Source: Catajapyx aquilonaris (taxonomy: Eukaryota). From it: 37,674 nt of DNA. The stretch is from positions 1 to 37,674 of the forward strand of contig KZ538980.1 in the NCBI GenBank assembly GCA_000934665.2. The letters run 5' to 3'. A program made the position numbers and the translations under genes. The notes under the pieces were generated by a model. The model did no database searches. It was given only the letters and a program-made list of their open reading frames with translations, and was not told the DNA's origin. This document shows, piece by piece, positions 22,777 through 32,589 of the stretch (the stretch's first letter is position 1; every line of letters starts with the position of its first letter).

Positions 22777-23610
22777 GAATAGCTACACAATTATTCGTAA
22801 ATGAATTTTCCCCAATTGCCGCAGACGGGCAGATGGACAAGGCTCCACAAGTAGAGACCCAAACCGTGTGGCCGGTAATTATAAGACTTGGTATTCACAC
22901 ATTTTAATAAATAATATAATCATTACATGCGGTTTCGCATCCACGGCATTTACTGTCCGTCTTGTGGGGCCGCAGGCCAACGAACATTATTGTGGCTCTA
23001 CTGGTGCTGAGGTGTACATAATATAATAATAATATTTGATACCCCATTATCAGCCCTTTAGGCTTTATTAGGGGGGGATTTCTCCCAAAAAAAATTTGTC
23101 TGGAACTCTTTCCATTTTTACTATACTTTTTTCATCGGAATTGAGGCAAGGATAGGTAAGGAAGGAAGCGGCTGTGGCCTATAATTACGGTAACGACCCC
23201 GGAATTATCCTGCGATGACCATGGGAAACCACAGAAAACCATGATCCGGGTCGCCGGCCTCCGGGATTCGAACCCAGGACCTCCCGATTAGCAGTCGGAC
23301 ACCATACCACTACACCACTACTGCTTCGGTGCTGAGGTGTAGCTACACGTTTGGGGCAAATGTTCCGGGGGCGAAAACTCATCCGGGAGGCAAATCAGAG
23401 TAGACTAGGCTACATCAATACGACTTGGTTATTTATAACTAGCGCACCCGCAGCCAAAATGGCAAACCTGCAATGAGGAAGACAATGGTAATGAAAAAAA
23501 TTGAATGAGAGGGCTCGCGGAGTGACAACTAAGAAATAGCGTATAACTGGTCGTAATACGGGGTTGAGAAATTGAGTGGCATTGAATCAATGGACATACT
23601 GCAACGCTCC
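22777..23610 (-). repeat. Left arm of an inverted duplication (partner 25109-26300), including a Helitron 3' end (CTAG 23439-23442)
   Basis: Colinear reverse-complement match over ~500 bp once the SINE (left arm) and the TIR element (right arm) are removed. Confidence 0.93.
23019..23327 (-). mobile_element. tRNA-derived SINE
   Basis: A box tggtgtagtgg, B box ggttcgaatcc, AT-rich (tta) tail; TSD ggtgctgaggtgta (23003-23016 / 23328-23341); empty site visible at ~25372-25392. Confidence 0.92.
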
Positions 23611-23614
23611 AGAT

Positions 23615-23726
23615 GTGGCGGCCTGAACAATTAGTGCCGTGACCAAAAGGTGGCAGCACTTCCTTTGCGGCCGCCAAGGGAGTGCTGCCACCTTTTGGTC
23701 ACGGCACTAATTCATCAGGCCGCCAC
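23615..23726. repeat. Loopless imperfect palindrome (56-bp arms) centred on gcgg|ccgc
   Basis: gtggcggcctga..aattagtgccgtgaccaaaaggtggcagcact and its mirror image. Confidence 0.92.
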
Positions 23727-23990
23727 TTTCCCTTCCCGCCAAAAGTCCTAACCGCCACCTATTTCCTTTCCCGCCAATACAGGCCCCTGGTGAGTGCTGC
23801 CAACTTCTCATCACGGCACTAAATCATCAGGCCGGGGGAGTAGTGGCTGGGGTCGCCTGCCTTACCGCCAATTTCCTTTCCCGCCTAAACTCCTGAGTGC
23901 CAATTTCCTTTACCGCCGAAAGTCCTTCCCGCCAATTCCATTTACCGCCAAAAATCCTAACCGCCACCTATTTCCTTTCCCGCCAATGCA
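23727..23990 (+). repeat. Degenerate ccgcc-core minisatellite
   Basis: ccgcc recurs every ~15-18 bp; 33-bp exact repeat at 23746-23778 and 23955-23987. Confidence 0.8.
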
Positions 23991-24407
23991 GGTCTGCCAA
24001 CTGATTCAATCTGAGCCTCAGAATATTAAGAAAGCTGTCATATACGCTGCTACTTTCAGCCCCACTTTCTAACTATGCCGCCATCCTGGATCCGGATCAA
24101 GCAACTTATTATCGTTTTCAGCGGATAGCTTAGCTTAGAGTAAACCCTTGCGACTTATTTGGCGGCTTAGCATGAACCTCCCGGAGCAAGCAAACAAGAT
24201 ATCAGCGGTGGGATCAGCAGGGGATTGGAGGTTGGCAAAGCCACAATAACGTCCGTTGGCCTCCGCCGCCACAAGACGGACAGTACTGTAAATGTTGCGG
24301 ATACGAAACCCACAATAATCGCCCAGCTCCGCTTCCTCTCCGCAGTTACCTAAAAATATCCTGCAGGGCGACGAACCCTGCCTGGCGGGGCCACAACAGA
24401 TGACAGT

Positions 24408-24680
24408 GGAGATAATGGATACCCCGTAATAAGCCTCCTTCAGCTTTTTAGGGGATCATCTTTTAATTGACCGACTTTAATCATTGCCTGCGCTGTGATT
24501 TTGATTGTGGGAGGAAACGGGAGAACCCCCGAGAAAATCCACGCGAACACGGAGAGAACCCATCGAAACTATATCCACATAAGCATATACTCTGTCCGAT
24601 CCGGGGATCGAACTCGGGACCTTATAGTCTTAGAGGTGGAAGGCTGCGGCGCTAACCACTCCGCCACCGTGTCGCCCAAT
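24408..24680 (-). mobile_element. tRNA-derived SINE with a V-SINE-like central domain
   Basis: A box tggcggagtgg, B box agttcgatccc; core gttctctccgtgttcgcgtggattttctcgggggttctcccgtttcctcccaca; TSD aacagatgacagt (24395-24407 / 24681-24693). Confidence 0.88.
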
Positions 24681-24848
24681 AACAGATGACAGTATTGTTG
24701 CAGTACCATAAAGCCATACAGCAACTCCATCCTTCATGTTGCCGCGTCACTCAAATATGCCCATATCAGCTATTATCAGCTATTATTATTAGCCTTAATC
24801 ATAGCCTGCTGGATCCGGATCCAAAAGTCTTGTTTTCATTGACATAAT

Positions 24849-25282
24849 GTCATCCCAGCCTATGCCATGACGATCAACAATAACTCGCAGGGCCAGATGA
24901 GCACGTTAGCATTTCCCTGGATGAACATGTCTTCTCACAATCATGGCCAGCTGGTTGTGGCACTGTCCCGGTCTCGCAACCCAAGTCAGGTCAAAGTGTT
25001 CACTACTCCTACTGCTCAACACGGAACATTGCTCTCCAACAACAGAGTGTTTACATACAATGTTGTGTATCGCGAGGTTTTATGAAAACTTTTCTCATAT
25101 CCGATTCAGGAGTGGACAGTATGTCCATTGATTCAATGACACTCAATTTCTCAACCATGTCTTACGACCAGCTATACGCTATTTCAAAGTTGTCACTCCG
25201 CGAGCCCTCTCATTCAATTTTTTTTTCATTACCATTGTCTTCCTCATTGCAGGTTTTGCCATTTTGGCTGCAGGTGCGCTAG
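24849..25282 (+). mobile_element. Helitron 3' remnant: PIF1-like RepHel helicase C-terminus (24849-25085) and CTAG|T end
   Basis: PAYAMTINNNSQGQ...HGQLVVALSR...TYNVVYREVL* matches Helitron helicase motifs V/VI (AMTINKSQGQ, HGQLYVALSR, NIVYKEVL); terminal gcca-hairpin and CTAG at 25279-25282. Confidence 0.9.
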
Positions 25283-25444
25283 TTATAAATAACCAAGTCG
25301 TATTGATGTAGCATAATCTATTCTGATTTGCCTCCCGGAGGAGTTTTCGCCCCCGGAATATTTGCCCCAACCGTGTACACCTCAGCACCAGTAGAGCCAC
25401 AATAATGTTCGTTGGCCTGCGGCCCCACAAGACGGACAGTAAAT

Positions 25445-26124
25445 GAATGACCCAGAATGGAAAGGGCATAAGTCCACCTTTTGGTCAAAATGACTTTTTC
25501 GCGGAAGGAAACTCTTCAGCATGGAGGGCATAAGATCCAGTATGAGAGGGTGCGAAAGTCCCCACCCATATGCTATATTTTAGCATGTCAGAATTGCCTC
25601 CAGAATGGCAAAGGGGGAAGATCTAGACTTACACCTTTTCCATGCTGAAATTGCTTCTTCGGAATGAAAATGCACTTGGTCCATCGTGTCATTATCCGGT
25701 AAATACCTACATGTATTCAGGAAAATGTTGAAGTAAAGGGACGGGACTTACGTCCTTTTCATTCTGAAAGATGGCAGGATGAGAAAATCTGTGCCGTTCT
25801 GTCACATGATAACATAAGTAACACAAAATAATACATGTATTATTTTGTGATATGTTATCATGTGGCAGAACGGCACAGATTTTCTCATCCTGCCATCTTT
25901 CAGAATGAAAAGGACGTAAGTCCCGTCCCTTTAAATCGCTCTCACGCATCTGTCATGACGCGTTTTTCACCGAACTCTGCTCAACAAGATGCCAATGTCG
26001 ACTAAGATCAACATTCCCGCGAGTCCGACCACCTTGACGAATTTACAATGCCGCATTTCAGTTTTTTGTCTCCCCTGTAAAATTTTGTATCATGGACTTA
26101 TGACCTTTCCATTCTGGGTCATTC
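25445..26124. mobile_element. Non-autonomous TIR element with 4-bp AAAT TSD (Sola1-like)
   Basis: 32-bp TIR gaatgacccagaatggaaagg(g/t)cataagtcca. TSD aaat at 25441-25444 / 26125-26128, confirmed by the empty paralogous site at ~22945-22955. Superfamily inferred from the AWWT TSD. Confidence 0.85.
25734..25933. repeat. Near-perfect 200-bp palindrome inside the Sola-like element
   Basis: 83-bp arms 25734-25816 / 25851-25933 (1 mismatch), a small bulge, and a loopless 28-bp core at 25822-25849. Confidence 0.95.
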
Positions 26125-26382
26125 AAATGCTGTGGATGCGAAACCGCATGTAATGATTATATTATTTATTAAAATGTGTGAATACCAAGTCTTATAATTA
26201 CCGGCCACACGGTTTGGGTCCTCTACTTGTGGAGCCTTTTCCATCTGCCCGTCTGCGGCAATAGGGGAAAATTCATTTACGAATAATTGTGTAGCTATTC
26301 GGCAGTCTCATTACTTCTTGTCCATGTGTGCGGCAATGTACTCGTAATTAACAATAAATTTGGGACGCCACTACTATTATAC

Positions 26383-26771
26383 CAGGGTGATTCTTCCGAA
26401 TGAAAACTCAAACATTCCTTGATAACTTTTAACTATGGCATGGTTCCCGATGAAAATTGACATGTACCTGGTGTCCAACAAGAATTGTCGCAAGCGGCAG
26501 CGCACGAACTACAGTCTCTCGTATACCTGTGCTCGTAGATTGTAGTTCGTGCGCTGCCGCTGCGACAATTCTTGTTGGACTGATAGTACTTACCTTGTAT
26601 CATGCCAAACAAGGTCTGACTAAAGAATATATAATATATATTTTTTAGTCAGACCTTGTTTGGCATGATACAAGGTAAGTACATAGTACATGTCAATTTT
26701 CATCGGGAACCATACCATAGTTAAAAAGTTATTGAGGAATGTTTGAGTTTCCATTCGGGAGAATCACCCTG
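26383..26771. mobile_element. Tc1/mariner-type palindromic MITE carrying an inserted second palindrome
   Basis: cagggtgattct...agaatcaccctg|TA; outer arms 26383-26467 / 26686-26771; own central hairpin 26473-26580. Confidence 0.88.
26586..26682. repeat. Palindrome, 48-bp arms, 1-nt loop
   Basis: gtacttaccttgtatcatgccaaacaaggtctgactaaa... and its mirror, 1 mismatch; direct repeat atagtac at 26583-26589 and 26683-26689. Confidence 0.95.
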
Positions 26772-26983
26772 TATGTGTATCACTCCGCCACACTCACTGG
26801 CTCCCGATAGATTTATGTCCAACACTGTACACATGTATTGGCACCATTTAAAAATTCACTCAGCCCCCCTCCACCTTGACTCCTCCATGTCCCCCATCCA
26901 AATCTAGCCACGCCATTGACTGGGAGTGTGGGGTGGGGGATTCTCAATTTACCTCGCCGGCACCTATACTTGACTATCATAAA

Positions 26984-27019
26984 AGGGGGTCGCGACCCGA
27001 AAATGTTTGGGAACCACTG
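26984..27019. mobile_element. Solo right end of a hAT/Charlie-like element
   Basis: gggggtcgcgacccg...tttgggaaccactg; no matching left TIR seen. Confidence 0.5.
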
Positions 27020-28489
27020 GTTCTTATAGTCCTTCAAATGGATGGCTGGAAAGTTTCCGCAACAGGCACATAATTTCATGGAAAACAGTGCGTGGTGATG
27101 TCGTGAATCTCGAAGTAGAATATTGGAAGAAGGTGGGAAGCGGGTATTCCAAAGAGAACATTTTCAACTGCAAATGAAACTGCCCCCCTTATTTTTAAGA
27201 TGTGCTGTATGCCAGATAAAACCGGTAAGGTAAAACATACTACTCAAAAATGCTACTGTATATGGACTGATTTTGCACCATATTGAGGCACCATAAGTCA
27301 GCATATCCGGGTGTGGCTCTCACACCTGTGGGGTATATGGACGGACCTTCATTAACATGGAGTACATTATTTTGGACCTTTTACCTTAATGCAATGTCCG
27401 AAAGGGCCAGGTTAGTGCATTCTCTCGAGTGTTAAGTGTTTTGGAATTCCCACCCGTGAAGAATCCGGAGAGACCGGAACATCGCAAGAGATGAAAAAGG
27501 AAAGCCCGGGCATATGATATAAACCGAGATTAATAAGTAGCATGCATCCAGACATACATCATACAGGATGATAAACAACACTCCGACCAGTCTACTAACA
27601 AGAAATATCAAGGCGAAATATGATAGCGCTATAGGATGGTATGATTCCTTAATAATATACCAGGAGTCTGATAGTAGACTATACGTGTTGGGGTATGCCG
27701 TTGGATTACTGATCTTTTAACGGTATGTTGCAGGTTATTTCTTAATTTACAATATGTGTTTAATCATCTTGTGTCCCCTTCATCAATGCATTGTACCGTT
27801 TCAAGTTTCAACATAGGTAAATATTAATATTTTAATATTGTTGTAATTATTTCACTTCATATACACTGCATGACTTGTCGAATTGACTTCTGATCAGCAT
27901 TATAATATTATATGAGGTAGGCAAGCGCATATAGTGATATAACAAATTAATTATGGTTCAAATATTTGGCACAACTGAAGCGCTACTTATCTGGTAAGAC
28001 CAGGTTACAGTTTTCAACATGAAAATATGCTCCTAGGCTCCCCATTTGTGAATATCACACATGGTCTCATGTGTCAAACTTGACAAAAGTACTGCCATGT
28101 CCAATAGTCCAATAGCACGTTCTGTCAGTTTCAGTGAACGAACCACTACATCCTTTCTGGTCTGAACCTGTCCATGGAATAGTAGGCTATATTATAGTAT
28201 ATAGGGTTTTCAGTATGTCCCGAAGCACCACTTCTTAATGACCTGAAGGCAGGACACGGTCTCGCTAATTTTCAGCCAGGAAAAGCTGGAGGTTGGTTGG
28301 ATAAGCATTTCATAATGCATGCTGAGAAATACGCTTGTAGTCCTTCCAGTAAAGCTTCTCTCTCATTAGTAGGAAAACTCCCACTGTTTTATGCAGGTGA
28401 ATAGGGAGTCAGTAAACTGAAAAAAGAGGCATCCAGTGGGACAAAAGCCAATTCCACACCTCCACTGTATACATGGTTCTTAATTCCTA

Positions 28490-31000
28490 GGACAGGTCGT
28501 AAATTTCCCCAGTCTCCGTCACCTTCCAACCACTTGCCATTCCGCTCGCTTGTCCGTAACCCCAAATGGCATGGTCTACTCTGTGCTCATCTTGCTTTAC
28601 ACTCCACATTTCGCCCAGAATTATTGCCACATTTTCTGACTGGCAGGCGGACCCCGGACCAAAAAATGTACTCATTCCCAAAGTAGGCGGAGAGCACTTT
28701 GCCAAAGAGATCTTGGGTGTGACAATAATATCATATCTCGCCTAATTACACGGGGTCAGGAGGTAGGAAACATGGCTTGTGAACTTTGCTCTTTAGTCAT
28801 CAGGTGTACTCGACTCCGAGTCAAAGTCGTGAAAATTGGCCAAGTCGGGTAAAAGCTTCCAAATATTTCATTCGCCCCAGCTGAGAAGCAATTTTTCAGT
28901 TACACGCAGGGGTCTTTTTCCCCGACTGCAATTTGCATTTGTCTAATGGGAAATATACTGTAGATCTAATCGTGCAAAAGTTTGAACTTTGGTCGTCAAG
29001 CTATGTAGAGAGAGAAAAAAAACTATTCCCGATCCTTACCTGCGCATGGCCAACACTCCAAACTTTTGGCTCCCTCGACAGACCCCAGCCTGCATGATAA
29101 GGTAAAGCTGAACTCTAACCGACATCATAGTTCGGCAAGGGACCCGCGTCCCACCCAAACCCACATTTTCCAATCGTTGATTTACATTTCCCCCGTATCA
29201 CCCACTTCTGACCAGCTCCCAAAGTTCTGGACTCGAACCATGTCCACATCGGGTGTCATTTTCAGGAGTAATTATTACTTGCAGATTTCTTCCAAACATT
29301 TCCGACCAGGGACCAGAATGGCCATGCATGTCTTCCTGAGATGGTGTCCGCAGAGGGCCCTCCAGCGTATAAATTTGAATTGGAAATGTGCAGGAATTAG
29401 AGTAGGGAGTCCCTTTCCATTATACTTGCAGCAGAATCGAAATGAAAGAATGGCCCATATTCTCCCAAGCTCGATCAAAAATCACAATGACAGCCTATAC
29501 TTCTAATCGAGAATCCATTTCCACTGATGTTTGCGGATTCCCTCTCGCCCCGACACTTTGCGGTAGAAGTGTAAACGACTCTCAAGCAGAATAGGCCACT
29601 TCAAAATTGCATGTCTGATGCAGTCCGACCTGGCTCTATAGGCAAGATACTGGAAAAGTTGGCTGGAGACTCGGTGCTCAAACAATGGCTGTTTGGTCGA
29701 GGGGCACGCATGGTCCAGCTAGGCATATGGACTCTCAAATCCGAACGTGTTTCCGGTAGACAGAAGAGACAAAGAGGGCTGCGGGCTGGTATCACCCTTG
29801 AGGCTTCCACAAAACCCTTTTACTGTACTGTACGGCATCTACGTGGTCTGCTGTTGACTCGGATAGTCGGATGGAATCAATCTTAGACTGGTCAGCATGT
29901 CCATTGTTATGACAGGGAGCTCCAGCAAAGTGATTACTTTTCTTTACCTCCAACCTGCAGATGCTTTCTCAAAATGTCGAAAACGTCTCCTTTTCCCCTT
30001 CATTTCCGGAATACAGACCCCCTGCAGTGTCTTTCAACTTGTGGAGAAATTTCATCAGACTGTAATCGCCTGTCTTCAAAGTCGGTTCAAGATGTGGTCC
30101 ACCCTGTCAGTCTAAGTCTTTGAAAGTGAAGCGCGGAGAAATGGAATTTTTTAAAATAGTTATACAGAATAAGACGACATTGCAAGAACATGCCAAGTGC
30201 ACTCTGCAAGTACTTTGCTATGAGAAAAATTAAAGTTTAGTGAAGTAATGAGTTACCTTCCCACTGCGTAAATGCAATTTTAAAATAATTATCTGGCCGT
30301 TATTCCATTTAAAAAAACCTTGATTAACTTGCCGTCAAAGTAGTTTTAAAAATCACGCAACTTCCCTTTCGTGCATTTGAGGCGTGAACTTTGACTGATG
30401 TGTAATTTTTTTCCCTCGTCCATGCCTCTGTATAGCTATAGGTGCCGATGAAGCAATACACGCACATGGACTCAAATGATAATCTGGATCGGGTCCCACA
30501 TCTGGCTAATCGATACTAGGAGTTCATTGGTAACTCGGAACCGGTTCGGCTCCAGATTGGGTGTGGGTGAGTAGAAGAGAGCAGGCTGGGATAGGAGGTG
30601 GAGGGGAAGAAAATGGGGAGAGGAGGAGAGGTCGTCGCTTGCCCTAAAACCCCAAACTCCCCCCCTTTTCCTTGGAGACTCTGCCAATTCCCTTCCAGAT
30701 GAAAGAGCAACATTGGAACCACACTTGCGTCTTACCTACAAATCCCATCCAAGAGATAATTTTCTCTCTTCTGCCCCCTTCGTCTTTCTCTGATTCCTCT
30801 TTCCTCCTTTGGCATTTCTGGACGGAGAGTTTGGCTTCTTCCCTCCTTTGGAGAGCCTCCTGAAAGTGTCAATTAGCCTTCCCCCTTTCCCTTCTGGCCT
30901 CCCACACCCGCAAGAGACGACAACCACGGGTTCCAGCCAGGCCATGTTTTACATTCCTAAAGTGCCATTGTCGGCCCTCTCGGTGCTTCTATTTGCAAAA
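28490..31000 (-). mobile_element. Decayed LINE ORF2 (endonuclease + reverse transcriptase relic)
   Basis: Degenerate motifs in the correct order on the minus strand: RKRGGV and YSP (APE-like, ~30570-30680); ARSDCIRHAILK...HQWK (PGPDGI..QWK-like); KYRLSL..LGRI; QFKFIRWRALCGHHL (QFGFR..RS..DHL-like); GVCRGS (GVPQGS-like). Many stops; boundaries approximate. Confidence 0.6.
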
Positions 31001-31042
31001 ACAAGCTCGACAATACATTGTGTGTAAATGAATGTTTTAATA

Positions 31043-31048
<6 letters not shown>

Positions 31049-31100
<52 letters not shown>

Positions 31101-31514
31101 TTACCCCGTGATAGGACTACATGGGCCATGTTGGGAGGTGGTACACCACCATCCATTTTTTGGTGTTATTTTTCTTTTCCTCCGGTGCAAGGGGACAGGA
31201 TAGGGATAAATGATAATGAGGGGGGGACACTGGTGCAGGTGCAATGTCTCAAGTTGGGGGTCGTGTGCAGTCCCTCAGGAGGCCCGTTCGCCAAGATTAC
31301 CCCATATATGCGGGTCAGAACCCCACCACGGACACCGCACCTCCTCATGGACGGGAAAAGGTTCGGAAAGGAAGGAAGCGGCTGTGGACTATTATTTAGG
31401 AAGCAATCCCGGAATTCTTCCGGGGGGGACCGTGAAAAACCACCGTCAGGACTCGAACCCAGGATCTCCCGATTAGCAGTCGAACACCTTATCCACTCCA
31501 CCAAACTGCTTCGG
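31049..31514 (-). mobile_element. tRNA-derived SINE with (GA)n tail
   Basis: A box tggtggagtgg, B box ggttcgagtcc; head shared with the 23019 SINE; (CT)n at 31049-31096 as tail; short flanking tgattt repeat at 31043 and 31515. Confidence 0.88.
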
Positions 31515-32589
31515 TGATTTTTCTATTTTACGAAATTACATAAACTCATCGATTTCTTCATCACCAAAATTCATTATATCTTCTGCGTGGCCTGACTAGT
31601 CGCCAGAAGATCCATTGCAATGGTCATACCTCATACGAGACGGCTAGGCACAAACTAGTCGTCGCTGGCTACCCCATTTCTGAGATTATGCCGTTATGTA
31701 ATGAATGAAAAAAAAAAATAATAAACTCGATAGAAAAATGTTTCCTCCCAGCAGCCTTTTAACTTAAAGATTGGTTCGATCCTTGGAGCCGGCGCGGCGG
31801 CCTTTCGTTAGTATAATAGAGGTTTCCGAAGGACTTACTCTTCGTGCCTCGTCGTAAGTGGTCCCGATTTCCCAGGAATTGGAACTTGCAAATACGCACC
31901 AGGCAAATCTGATCGAACTCTCTCCGGCAATATGTGCCCCACTTTTCAATAGAGTTCCTAATTTCTGTTGGAGTTCGGCTCAGGTAAGAACATTTAAAAA
32001 AACTTATGAGCTGACACTGACGCCTGTCACATATGTGGGAGCTTGTAGTAGGCTACATAAGCGCCGTAGACTAAATTCTAGACAATATTGCTTTCGCAAA
32101 TCCCCGGAAAAGTTGTGAAGCTGCTACCTCCCTCCTCTCCTCTCGGAAAACTGCAGCGTCAAGCATCAGCGGCACATGAGCCTTCCAGGTGTACCCGAGC
32201 TTCGGTGGATAAAAGTTTTGGCAGGCTGCAAGCCTCCACAAAGCATCCCCAGCACAGGGTTGGCATAATGTAATACTCTTCCCTCTTGCGTATAGCGCAA
32301 ACCCTGCCAATCTGCTGCTAATGTACAATAGATTCAAGTGCAGAAACACTCATCATATATAACACGCACACATTTAATAAACTCTCGCAGTCGTGGCTCT
32401 AAACTGTCAGTAACAAACGTCGCTGCCGTTGTAGTGAATTATTTACTGTGTCAAAATTACTGCAAAACGGGAAATGTGAATAAGACTGCAGTTATTGTCC
32501 AACAAAAGTGAAATTCCCGACCACACCCAGAGACTATAGCCTCATGTGAACAAAAACACTCAAAAATATTGGTGCTAGTGACTAGTAAT

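Larger units (their letters stand above)
25109..26300 (+). repeat. Right arm of the inverted duplication (partner 22777-23610)
   Basis: See the left arm; interrupted by the 25445-26124 element. Confidence 0.93.

Noticed and set aside
23230..23327. tRNA-like sequences with a GCT anticodon loop (also 31440-31514) and a tRNA-like head at 24600-24677
   Set aside because: They continue into SINE bodies with tails and TSDs, and the acceptor stems do not pair; these are SINE heads, not tRNA genes
23727..23990. Regularly spaced short repeats resembling a CRISPR array
   Set aside because: Units are degenerate tandem copies without unique spacers; no cas genes; eukaryotic context
28801..29041. Possible Kolobok-like insertion (aggt...acct ends) within the LINE relic
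   Set aside because: No TTAA TSD or clear TIR
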